Positions 44,193 through 53,290 are shown, counted from the first letter of the stretch. The stretch: DNA of 64,000 nucleotides from Bacteroidales bacterium (GCA_017613015.1 JAGAEQ010000062.1:874-64873); one strand, 5' to 3'. Numbers and translations are program-made. The notes: a model not told the origin generated them from the sequence alone.

Positions 44193-45070
44193 AACGGACG
44201 CGAAGACTTTTGATGGTTTTTTACTGCTGTTTGCCCTTGGCGTTGGCCGCGCAGATGGTGTCCGTCCAGGGTGGCGGGGAACGCTATGCCTTGTGGGGGG
44301 ATTCTACAGGCTCCCATGTGCGGCAGGCCACAATCACACCTTTTCTGACCGATGTCACCTCCACGGCTGTCATCGTTTTTCCCGGCGGCAGCTATTTCTG
44401 GCTTGCCGGTAAAGAAGAGGGGGATGATGTGGGAAGCTGGCTTCAACAGCAAGGGCTTAACGCTTTTGTGGTGCGCTACCGTGTGCCGGGGTGGTGGAGC
44501 TGGTTTTCACACAACAGGCTCTTTGTTCGCGGCAAGCGCCATCCCGACATGTACGGCGACGGTCAGCAAGCGCTGCGTTGGGTTTTTGAACATGCTGCGC
44601 AATTCGGCATCGATACAAGCAAGGTGGGTATGATGGGATTCAGTGCGGGCGGCCATCTGGTGGCTTATCAGGCCTGCTGTGGCGATCCGTGGCGTCCCGC
44701 TTTTGCGGCATCCGTCTATCCGGTGGTTACCATGTCGGAACCTTGCGTGCACCAGCGTTCGCGTCGTGGATTGCTTGGAGAACGGTGGCGGCGCGAGGCC
44801 GACCTTTGCGACCAGCTTTCCGTTGAACGCCATGTGCCAGCCGACTGTCCGCCGATGTTTCTTGTCGCCTGTGATGACGACCCCGTTGTCAATCCCCGCA
44901 ACGCCCAACTTCTCGACAGCGCTTTGACGGTGCAGTCCATCCCGCATCGCTATATACGTTATCGCACCGGTGGCCACGGCTTTGGTGTCAGTGAAACAAA
45001 AGGGTCCTCCGAATCCCGCCAGTGGAAATATGCTTTCCTGGAGTGGCTCAAGGGGATGCATTATCTATAA
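44189..45070 (+). CDS. secreted alpha/beta hydrolase (esterase/lipase-like)
   Basis: 293 aa with signal peptide MKRTRRLLMVFYCCLPLALAAQ. Nucleophile elbow GFSAGGHL and C-terminal GGHGFG. Confidence 0.75.
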   Translation: MKRTRRLLMVFYCCLPLALAAQMVSVQGGGERYALWGDSTGSHVRQATITPFLTDVTSTAVIVFPGGSYFWLAGKEEGDDVGSWLQQQGLNAFVVRYRVPGWWSWFSHNRLFVRGKRHPDMYGDGQQALRWVFEHAAQFGIDTSKVGMMGFSAGGHLVAYQACCGDPWRPAFAASVYPVVTMSEPCVHQRSRRGLLGERWRREADLCDQLSVERHVPADCPPMFLVACDDDPVVNPRNAQLLDSALTVQSIPHRYIRYRTGGHGFGVSETKGSSESRQWKYAFLEWLKGMHYL

Positions 45071-45112
45071 TTCTGTCCGCATCGAATACTGTCGGTTCCA
45101 ATCATTTTTGTT

Positions 45113-46444
45113 ATGAAAGAAGAAGATATTGAATACCAGTCCATAGAATCCATAAAAGCCTATCAGGAAGCGCTCCTTGTCCGGGCATTGGACTATTTGC
45201 AGCGACATTCGCCATATTACCAGCGTTTGTTCAAGAGCTATCGCATTGACGTCTCCAAAATCAGGCATCTTGAAGACCTCGCCAAAATCCCTTTTACAGA
45301 AAAGAAAGACCTTCAGCTTTTCAACAGTGATTTCCTTTGCTGTCCCAAAGAAAAGGTGATTGACTACATCACCACCTCGGGAACCCTTGGCGATCCCGTG
45401 ACGTTTGGTTGCACGGAACGGGACTTGCAGCGGCTTGCCTACAATGAGAAGAAAAGTTTCGCCTGCGCCGGTTTGCATCCGGGTGACATTGTTCAGCTGA
45501 TGACGACCCTTGACAAACGCTTCATGGCCGGGCTGGCCTATTTTCTCGGCATCCGTGAGCTTGGAGCCTCCGTCATTCGTGTCGGCAACGGCATTCCCGA
45601 ACTCCAGTGGGACACCATTCGTCGCATCCGGCCCGATACGATCATGTGTGTCCCTTCCTTCATTCTCAAACTGATTCAGTATGCGGAAGAGCACAACATC
45701 GACTACCGTGGCAGCAGTATCCGCCGTATCATAGGCATAGGCGAGGGGCTTCGCAACCAGGATTTCAGCCTGAACCTGCTCGGTTCCCGCATTAAGGAAA
45801 AATGGGATGTGCAACTTTTTGCCACCTATTCCTCCACCGAGATGGGAGCCACCTTCAGCGAATGCCCTTATGGCCGCGGAGGGCATGTGCATCCGGAACT
45901 CATTATTGTGGAAATCATCGGCGATGACGACATGCCCGTCCCTGACGGCGAGTCGGGGGAGGTGGTGGTGACCACGCTTGGTGTCGAGGGCATGCCGCTG
46001 CTTCGCTTTCGCACAGGAGACATAGCCTCCAAGTGTGTGGACCAGTGTCTCTGCGGTCGCAACTCTTACCGCCTTACGCCCCTCATCGGCCGTAAGAACA
46101 ACATGATCAAGTTTAAAGGAACCACCCTTTACCCGCCGGCGATAAACGATGTGCTTGACAACACCGACTATGTGGCCAATTATGTCATAGAGGTTTCCAC
46201 CAACAGTACCGGCACCGAAGATGTGAAAGTGAAGATAGGTCTTCGCGAAGGTTATACGGATAGCGTGGTGAAGGAGCTCAAGGATTCCTTCCGTTCGCGT
46301 ATTCGCGTGGCGCCAGAGGTGGAGGTGCTTCCTGTGGAGATGGTGCAGCGGATCAATTTCCCTGCTAACAGCCGCAAGCCGGTCAAATTCATCGATCTCC
46401 GCAAAAAACAAGTGTGCGGTGATTCAGAACAAAATAATTCATGA
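45113..46444 (+). CDS. phenylacetate-CoA ligase (PaaK/F390 synthetase)-family adenylating enzyme
   Basis: 443 aa with ITTSGTLGDPV (P-loop-like A3 motif), YSSTEMG, RFRTGD and GRKNNMIKFKGTTLYP. Confidence 0.8.
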   Translation: MKEEDIEYQSIESIKAYQEALLVRALDYLQRHSPYYQRLFKSYRIDVSKIRHLEDLAKIPFTEKKDLQLFNSDFLCCPKEKVIDYITTSGTLGDPVTFGCTERDLQRLAYNEKKSFACAGLHPGDIVQLMTTLDKRFMAGLAYFLGIRELGASVIRVGNGIPELQWDTIRRIRPDTIMCVPSFILKLIQYAEEHNIDYRGSSIRRIIGIGEGLRNQDFSLNLLGSRIKEKWDVQLFATYSSTEMGATFSECPYGRGGHVHPELIIVEIIGDDDMPVPDGESGEVVVTTLGVEGMPLLRFRTGDIASKCVDQCLCGRNSYRLTPLIGRKNNMIKFKGTTLYPPAINDVLDNTDYVANYVIEVSTNSTGTEDVKVKIGLREGYTDSVVKELKDSFRSRIRVAPEVEVLPVEMVQRINFPANSRKPVKFIDLRKKQVCGDSEQNNS

Positions 46445-46486
46445 AATAGAAAAGAAAAAAAAATAGAAACGTATCCGATATTTGTT

Positions 46487-46494
46487 TATTTTTG
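46487..46494 (+). promoter_or_regulatory. -7 box TATTTTTG in the only sizeable intergenic gap of the operon (internal promoter candidate)
   Basis: Matches TAnnTTTG inside the 148-nt gap 46445..46592, 99 nt upstream of the ACP3 ATG. Confidence 0.4.
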
Positions 46495-46592
46495 CGCTCA
46501 CGATTTGTAGTAACAGATAACTGATCCGGGACTTCGGAGGTTTTTGTCACAAGTGGGTTGAAAAGGTAACAGACAGAAGGCCCGTAAACAGA

Positions 46593-46856
46593 ATGGAAGA
46601 TTTAATTTTAACGTTAAAGCAGGAAATTATAGGAGTTTTGAACCTGGAAGAGGTTGGTCCTGAAGATATTGACGAAAATGCGCCGCTGTTTGGAGGTGAT
46701 TTGGGCTTGGACTCTATTGATGTGCTGGAATTGATTGCCTTGATGCAGAAAAAGTATAATATCAATATCACAGACCCTAACCAAGGTGAAAAAATTTTCA
46801 AGTCCGTCCGTTCAATGGCAGAATATATAGAACGGGAAACTGTTGAAAACAAATAA
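46593..46856 (+). CDS. acyl carrier protein (ACP3), paralog of ACP2
   Basis: 87 aa with DLGLDSIDVLELIALMQ. By hand alignment, about 50 of the first 79 positions are identical to ACP2. Confidence 0.85.
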   Translation: MEDLILTLKQEIIGVLNLEEVGPEDIDENAPLFGGDLGLDSIDVLELIALMQKKYNINITDPNQGEKIFKSVRSMAEYIERETVENK

Positions 46857-46937
46857 AGCAGACGATAGGGGCTTCTGTTTCCCGGAAAGGCGGACATGGG
46901 GGTTCCGGCAGAAAAATCGATAATTGTTGAATCCGTC

Positions 46938-47975
46938 ATGATTTCCGGCTATCCGAATGATAGGAAAAAGAATTGCGAGACAGGTGTTTTGGGCAACATG
47001 CTGGCGTGGCATGGGTATGAAATAAGCGAGGGGATGCTGTTCGGCATAGGTTCAGGTCTGTATTTCATGTATTCGCCGATTCTTGCCGTGTCGGGCACGA
47101 TTTACCCCTTGTTGAGACTTCCGCCTGTGGAGATTGTCAAAAGGGCGGCGGAAAGGCTGCATCTGAATGTGCGGGTCAAAAGTTTCGGCAACAACAGGGA
47201 CAGCGCCACCATCGCTCTTGAACGTCTCCTTGAAAAAAACATTCCTGTCGGGGTGGTTGTCAATGTGAAAGGTTTGCCCTATTTCAATGTGTCGGGTGTG
47301 GAGAGTGATTTTAATGGTCATATCGTGGCCGTCATAGGCAAAGAGGGCACTGACTATATCCTTGCGGACACAGACAGCAGGCTGTCTTCCGATGATTATG
47401 TCCGTGCCGGGGAGAGTATCATGCGTGAAATCCGTTTTGCTCCCGGCATAGCCGCTCCGCATGGCAAAATGTTTTGGCTGGACCCTTCGTCTGACTACGC
47501 TTCGCAATCCAAGTTCTTAAAGACCGCGGTGGTGTCCGGACTTAAAGAAACGTGCAATAAGTTTTTGCGGGTGCCGCTTCCCGGTTATGGCGTAAAAGGG
47601 CTGCATGCGTTTGCCAAAGACATCAGAAAATGGGAGGAGCGTTATTCCTTCAGGCAGATCGCGTATGTCCTGATGTGGTATTACCGGCTGATAGAAAGGG
47701 CCGGGACGGGAGGATCGGGATACCGGTATATATACCTTGATTTTTTGAAAGAGGCCGCTACGCTTTTTGAAAGCGATGTGCTGCAAGACAGTACGGATAC
47801 GATGGCCATGTCTGCGGAGCATTGGAGACTTTTCTGTCTCGAATGCCGGCGTTTCATAAGAAACCCTGAAAACACGTCGCTGAAAACAATGGCCGATATT
47901 ATGGATCAGATAGGAGCATATGAATGCGAGACATTTTACAGGATTAAAAAGGGTTTTGTCAGCCGTTGGGAATGA
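46938..47975 (+). CDS. BtrH_N/DUF4872-like protein (papain-like ACP-dependent acyltransferase family)
   Basis: ATG 46938 (an alternative ATG is at 46896). The N-terminal KKNCETGVLGNMLAWHGYEISEGMLFGIGSGLYFMY matches the BtrH N-terminal pattern as I recall it. The candidate Cys codon is at 46974..46976. Confidence 0.6.
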   Translation: MISGYPNDRKKNCETGVLGNMLAWHGYEISEGMLFGIGSGLYFMYSPILAVSGTIYPLLRLPPVEIVKRAAERLHLNVRVKSFGNNRDSATIALERLLEKNIPVGVVVNVKGLPYFNVSGVESDFNGHIVAVIGKEGTDYILADTDSRLSSDDYVRAGESIMREIRFAPGIAAPHGKMFWLDPSSDYASQSKFLKTAVVSGLKETCNKFLRVPLPGYGVKGLHAFAKDIRKWEERYSFRQIAYVLMWYYRLIERAGTGGSGYRYIYLDFLKEAATLFESDVLQDSTDTMAMSAEHWRLFCLECRRFIRNPENTSLKTMADIMDQIGAYECETFYRIKKGFVSRWE

Positions 47976-47988
47976 GCCCTGCGTCGAT

Positions 47989-49755
47989 ATGCCGCAGAGA
48001 ATATTTGATTTGCTGGCATATTACACCACGCATTACGGCCACAAAGACTGCCTGTTTGCCCACAAAGAAAAAGGCGTATGGGTTAAGTGCAGCGGCCAGT
48101 GGGTGATAGAGACAACGGATGCCGTCAGCATGGCGCTGATTCAAATGGGGGTGCAAAAAGGGGACAGGGTGGCCCTCATGATTGACAGCGGCCCCCAATG
48201 GAATGTGATAGACTTTGGCATACAGCAGCTTGGGGCGATTGTTGTACCGATACACCTGAATATAGGGCGGGACGGTTTGGCGCATATTCTTTCCCATTGT
48301 CATCCCAAAGCCATTTTTGTCAGGGATGGGAGTTTGATCCGTCATACACTGGACATCATTCGCCCGATCATCCCCCAAGACAGGATCATTTCCATGGCCC
48401 CTGCCGAAGATTTTCTCCCATTCGACACTTTCCTCCGTACAGGCCAAAACAGGCCTGATTTGCGGGAGGCGTTGGAAAAGGCGGAAGGGGAGGTCTTGCC
48501 GGATGATACGGCGTCCATTATTTACACCTCCGGCACATCCGGTGTGCCCAAGGGGGTGATGCTAAGCCATGGCAACATCATGAGCAATATCGCCCATTAT
48601 GTGAACGATGTGCCCCGTATTGACCGGAGTGTCAGCCATCTTCCTTTATCGCATATTTTTGAGCGTTCCGTACAATACGCCCGCATTTATTGCGGCATTG
48701 AAATCTGTTACGCCGAAAGCAAGGCAAGCATTGTTCGGGATGTTATAGAGTTGAAAGCCAATAGTTTTTCTACGGTTCCAAGGGTCTTGGAACGGATGTA
48801 TGACTATGTCGTGCAAAAGGGGGAGACGCTGAAGGGTGTCAAAAAAAGGCTGTTCCAATGGGCCGTCAGGCTTGCGGACAATTTTGATGAAACCGGAAAG
48901 CACAGCAATGCCCTGTATCGTTGTAAAATGGCCCTGGCCGACCATTGGGTGTACAAAGACATCCGGGAAATGTTTGGAGGTAATCTGGTGTTTATAAATT
49001 CCGGAGGGGCTTTGCTTCATCCGCATCTTGTCAAGTTTTTCACGGCTATAGGGATCCCTGTCGGAATAGGATACGGCCTGACGGAGACTTCCCCGACGAT
49101 AAGCAGCACCAGGCTGACCCAGGGACTGGTAAAGGCCGGTGCCGTGGGGCATCCGTGTCGCAACTTGGATGTGAAAATAGATGAAGCGACCAACGAGATA
49201 CTGGTCAAGGGGCCTTCTGTGATGAAGGGCTATTTCATGGACGAGGAGAAAACGCGATTGGCGTTTGACGAAGAAGGCTACTTTCATACCGGAGACAAAG
49301 GATGGATAGACAGCGATGGCTTTTTGTTTTTAACCGGGCGCATAAAGGATATTTTTAAGACCTCCATGGGAAAATACATCGTTCCGGAGGCGATAGAGAA
49401 CAAATTATGCGAATCGGCATATATAAGCAACGCCATGGTGACAGGAGAGGGACAGCGGTTTGCGGCAGCACTTGTTGTTCCTGATTTCCAGCAGCTTAAA
49501 TTGTGGTGCCGCCAACAAGGAATCACTTTTTGCAGCGTGGAAGAGATGTTGGGGGACAAAAGAGTGCAAAAACTTATTGAAGACGACGTTTCCGCCTGTA
49601 ACAACACCTTGGGAAGCACGGAACGGGTGCAACGGATCAGGCTGCTTGACCATGAATGGACCGTGGAAAGCGGAGAATTGACACCCAGCTTCAAAATCCG
49701 CCGCAATGTGATTCAGGAGAACAATAAGGAATTGATCAAGTCCCTTTTTGACTGA
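47989..49755 (+). CDS. long-chain acyl-CoA/AMP ligase (ACSL type), paralog of the 10854..12629 gene
   Basis: ATG 47989 (MPQRIFDLLAYY). Motifs: IIYTSGTSGVPKGVML, GYGLTETS, YFHTGDKG, GRIKDIFKTSMGKYIVP. Confidence 0.85.
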   Translation: MPQRIFDLLAYYTTHYGHKDCLFAHKEKGVWVKCSGQWVIETTDAVSMALIQMGVQKGDRVALMIDSGPQWNVIDFGIQQLGAIVVPIHLNIGRDGLAHILSHCHPKAIFVRDGSLIRHTLDIIRPIIPQDRIISMAPAEDFLPFDTFLRTGQNRPDLREALEKAEGEVLPDDTASIIYTSGTSGVPKGVMLSHGNIMSNIAHYVNDVPRIDRSVSHLPLSHIFERSVQYARIYCGIEICYAESKASIVRDVIELKANSFSTVPRVLERMYDYVVQKGETLKGVKKRLFQWAVRLADNFDETGKHSNALYRCKMALADHWVYKDIREMFGGNLVFINSGGALLHPHLVKFFTAIGIPVGIGYGLTETSPTISSTRLTQGLVKAGAVGHPCRNLDVKIDEATNEILVKGPSVMKGYFMDEEKTRLAFDEEGYFHTGDKGWIDSDGFLFLTGRIKDIFKTSMGKYIVPEAIENKLCESAYISNAMVTGEGQRFAAALVVPDFQQLKLWCRQQGITFCSVEEMLGDKRVQKLIEDDVSACNNTLGSTERVQRIRLLDHEWTVESGELTPSFKIRRNVIQENNKELIKSLFD

Positions 49756-49757
49756 TA

Positions 49758-51017
49758 CTAAATTTTCTTTTTTGCCACAATGGATACGGCGGTGCAGGCG
49801 ACTGTCAGTGCAAGGAGCAACAGGCAGTTGGGTAGGACAGACCTTATGCCCCCGTCCCTTAAAATGACATTATAGAAGGCTTCAATGCCCCAATTTAAAG
49901 GGGAAAGCACACTGACCGCCTTTAAAAAAGGAGGCATTAGAAAGGTCGGCACCCAAATTCCACCAACGGCAGACAGCACCACTACCGTCACTGCTCCCAA
50001 CACGGAAGCCTGTTGGTGCGTTGAGGCAAATGTTCCAAGCGTCAGTCCTATGCCGATGGCCGCCAGGGCACAGAAAAAGACGATCATCAGGCAAAGGGCG
50101 AATGCCCCGTGCATGCTGAAGACGGGCAGTCCCACCAAAGGGAACAAGAGTTTCCCCATCATCATGACAAGCAAAAACTGTAGCACGCACACGCATTCAT
50201 ATACGACAATTTTACTCATAAGATAGGTGGAATAGGGACAGGTCATCGCCATCAGGCGGGAGAAGCTTCCATCCTGACGTTCTTTGATAATGCCTCCGGA
50301 AAGCGATATCACGATAAAGAAAATGGCGAACAGTGTCCATGCCGGCACATTATGCTCTGTAACATTTATATTGGTCCTGAAAGCGTCTTTGGAATACGCG
50401 ATTTCGTCTATACTGATGGGTTTTAAGTCTGGTGGCGGCGCCATGCTGTCGGTCGGGAAGGGGGAGAATTCCTGCGCTGTCTCCGAAATGGTGGAGAGCA
50501 GCGCTTTTTTTTCGATATGGTTTGACGCTTCGCGAAGATAGCACATCATTGTGGTGCGGAAAGTGTTGTTTACGGTAGGGTCGATAAAAACTTTTAAAGA
50601 GGACAGAGTGTCCGTCTGAGGGGTGGAGCCTAATCCCAACATTTCGGACAGGCTCGACTCGATTTCATTGCGCACCATAGACGAGATGTTCTCGGGAATA
50701 TACACTCCGATGAGAAAAGAGCCTTCCTTGACAGCCTGTTGCACCTCTGATGCGGTTTGGGTGGAATCTGCCAGCGTGACATCAAACAAATCCTGTCGTT
50801 GCAGTTCGCTGATTATTTCCCGGCCCATCTCATCCCTGTCCTTGTCAAGAATCAGAACGGAGACTGTTTTTTTGGATGAATTTTCGACAGCTCCGTCCTG
50901 TATGCCGGTCATGACCAGCACCAGTACCATGGGCATGGCGAAAAGAAACAGCAAGCCGGCTTTGTCCCGGACAAGCAGCAGCAAATCTTTATAAAGCAAT
51001 GCGGCAAATTTTCTCAT
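49758..51017 (-). CDS. ABC-2-type transporter permease
   Basis: 419 aa with an N-terminal TM, a ~170-aa extracytoplasmic region and five C-terminal TMs. Its stop is 2 nt from the convergent ligase stop. Confidence 0.75.
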   Translation of the reverse strand: MRKFAALLYKDLLLLVRDKAGLLFLFAMPMVLVLVMTGIQDGAVENSSKKTVSVLILDKDRDEMGREIISELQRQDLFDVTLADSTQTASEVQQAVKEGSFLIGVYIPENISSMVRNEIESSLSEMLGLGSTPQTDTLSSLKVFIDPTVNNTFRTTMMCYLREASNHIEKKALLSTISETAQEFSPFPTDSMAPPPDLKPISIDEIAYSKDAFRTNINVTEHNVPAWTLFAIFFIVISLSGGIIKERQDGSFSRLMAMTCPYSTYLMSKIVVYECVCVLQFLLVMMMGKLLFPLVGLPVFSMHGAFALCLMIVFFCALAAIGIGLTLGTFASTHQQASVLGAVTVVVLSAVGGIWVPTFLMPPFLKAVSVLSPLNWGIEAFYNVILRDGGIRSVLPNCLLLLALTVACTAVSIVAKKKI

Positions 51018-51021
51018 AGGT

Positions 51022-51780
51022 TCAATCCTCCATCGTTCGAAGTTCTTTTCCTGTCAGCTCAAGATACACCGATTTTAGGTCATGGCATTCGGGGAATCGT
51101 CGGGCAAGCGCTTCGGGGCTGTCCGCGGCCACCAGTTTTCCGCCGTCAATAATGCCCACCCGGGTGCATAAATGTTCCGCCTCTTCCATGTCGTGCGAGG
51201 TGTAGAGAATGGTCGTCCCATGGCTGTTAAGTGTTTTCAAATACTCCAAAATGACTACTTTTGACTGCACGTCAATTCCTACGGTTGGTTCGTCAAGAAT
51301 CAGCAAGTCAGGGTTGTGCAATATTCCGACCATCAGGTTTAAACTTCGCTTCATGCCTCCGGAAAAAGAAGCCGCTTTTTTGTCACGGAATTTTTCAAGA
51401 CCAAAAAGATCCAGCAGCTTTCCAATGCGGTTAGTCAATTCCGGACGGGAGATTCCGTATACCGAACCGAAAACCGACAGGTTCTCATAGGCGGTCAGTT
51501 CGGGGTAGATGGCTATGCTTTGCGGCACGAACCCCACCCTCCGCATGGTGTTTTTTCTGTCGGATGCGACAGGTTTGCCGAATATTTCAATGTTTCCGGA
51601 ATCTTGTTTCAAAAGTCCGGCAAGAATGTTGACAGTGGTCGTTTTTCCGGCCCCGTTGGGGCCGAGAAACCCATAAATCTCGCCTTGTCCAATGGTGAGG
51701 TCAAGTCCGGTAAGGACTTCTTTGTTGCCATTAGGATAGGTTTTCCTGAGTTTTTCTATACGCAGTATGGTTGTTGCCAT
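51022..51780 (-). CDS. ABC transporter ATP-binding protein
   Basis: Walker A GPNGAGKTT, signature FSGGMKRSL, Walker B LLILDEPT, H-loop YTSHDM. Confidence 0.9.
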   Translation of the reverse strand: MATTILRIEKLRKTYPNGNKEVLTGLDLTIGQGEIYGFLGPNGAGKTTTVNILAGLLKQDSGNIEIFGKPVASDRKNTMRRVGFVPQSIAIYPELTAYENLSVFGSVYGISRPELTNRIGKLLDLFGLEKFRDKKAASFSGGMKRSLNLMVGILHNPDLLILDEPTVGIDVQSKVVILEYLKTLNSHGTTILYTSHDMEEAEHLCTRVGIIDGGKLVAADSPEALARRFPECHDLKSVYLELTGKELRTMED

Positions 51781-51784
51781 TTTC

Positions 51785-53200
51785 TTAGAAGTTTCCGTCG
51801 TTGGTTATTGTTCCGAGCAGCGTGTCGATTTCTTTCATTTCTTTAGGCTTGAAGAGGCGTAATGTCCAATAGTGGATGTTGTGCGCTAAGGAGAGAAGGA
51901 AACTCCCTATAAACCGGGATATTGCCGCTCCCAGCAGCTGAATCGCCACGGCGGCAAGGCCCCACCATGCGCCTATGGCGATAATCCGGTTCATCCACAG
52001 GCCTTCCCCAAAGGTGATGGCAAGTCCGATGGCGATGCAATAGGCTATTGAGCCTAAGTAACGCAGGATAAAGTTGAAGGAGTTTTTGAATTGGGGGTCG
52101 ATGCGCATTTTTTTGAAGATGAGATGGGTGGGGATCAGTGGAAAGGGGTAGCACAGCAAGCAGAAGAGCAGGGGCCTGCCGATGGCAGGAAAGAGCGCCG
52201 CCAGGGTGACAACTACGGCAAGGCTTAGCGAAAGTCCAAACGTGGCGGGGAGGCTGAGACGCTCCGAAGGAAACTGGACATCTATGTTCAATTTCCGGCA
52301 CAGCTTTTCATACTGTTGCACACAGGGAAGGATTCTTTCGAATTTGTCAGCTGCTGTTGTCTCCATCAAGTCCAGTTGGCGTGCGATTTTTTGCCGCGTC
52401 ACAAAACAATTCCAGGCTGTTTTTCCCAAACCCTCCCCGCTTCTCCTTTTTTTGTTTAAAATGTTACAAAGGGTGTAAATCTCTTCGTAGTGCCCCTTGC
52501 TGTGTATATCAAGCATTAAAGAGCTTAGCCTTTCCGAGAGGGTGTCTCGCATCTTGTTGAGAGCCAACGCTTCATCTTCGGCATAAACCTTCATGAAAGA
52601 CGGTACGGCCATCGGGGTGCCAATGTTCACCACCAAATTGCCGTAGGGCTGTTCGTAGGTGTCGTAGTCAATGCCGACAGGCACAATGAAAAGCGGTTTG
52701 TCATGAAGGGCTTGCTGTGTTATGCAGGCGATGCGGAACATCCCTTTGCCAAGCGGCAGTAATTGGTGGCGGTTGTTGTGCCGTCCTTCGGCCATAAGGC
52801 ACAGCGGCGTCCCGTCCAGTAACGCTTGTCGGCAAAGGTTGAAAATGTGGAAATTTTGGGAAAGTTTTCCCATGCCGTCACGAGTGCGGTAGATGGGCAG
52901 AATTCTGAGAAAAGAGTGGGTTTTAAGCACTGCCTTTTTGGAAAAGATGTCGGCACGTGTCAGAAAAACAGGCGGTTTGGGTGCGACAGGGAGCATCACA
53001 AACGCATCCATAAGGGTCTGTTGGTGGCATGGTGCCAGCATATAAGGGGCTTCCCGGGGAATGTTTTCTGTGCCGTGGATGTGAAAACACCGGTAATGGC
53101 AGCGGATGCCGAACTTGAAAACCGGCATGAAAAGCGTATAAAGAAAATTACTGCGCTGAACTTTCAGCGTGTCATCCGTATCGTGTTTCAGCCGTTGCAT
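51785..53200 (-). CDS. PlsC/GPAT-family acyltransferase with C-terminal multi-TM domain
   Basis: ATG at 53200 (the track start at 53203 is TTG). HX4D box APCHQQTLMD and second box LMAEGRHN. The C-terminal ~170 aa has 4-5 hydrophobic helices. Confidence 0.7.
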   Translation of the reverse strand: MQRLKHDTDDTLKVQRSNFLYTLFMPVFKFGIRCHYRCFHIHGTENIPREAPYMLAPCHQQTLMDAFVMLPVAPKPPVFLTRADIFSKKAVLKTHSFLRILPIYRTRDGMGKLSQNFHIFNLCRQALLDGTPLCLMAEGRHNNRHQLLPLGKGMFRIACITQQALHDKPLFIVPVGIDYDTYEQPYGNLVVNIGTPMAVPSFMKVYAEDEALALNKMRDTLSERLSSLMLDIHSKGHYEEIYTLCNILNKKRRSGEGLGKTAWNCFVTRQKIARQLDLMETTAADKFERILPCVQQYEKLCRKLNIDVQFPSERLSLPATFGLSLSLAVVVTLAALFPAIGRPLLFCLLCYPFPLIPTHLIFKKMRIDPQFKNSFNFILRYLGSIAYCIAIGLAITFGEGLWMNRIIAIGAWWGLAAVAIQLLGAAISRFIGSFLLSLAHNIHYWTLRLFKPKEMKEIDTLLGTITNDGNF

Positions 53201-53290
53201 CAAACAAAAACCAAAAATGTTTAAGTTGTCTTTTTAACTAAAGTTTCACCACTTTTCCGGACCTTGGGAATATCCAAAGGTCCAAATATA

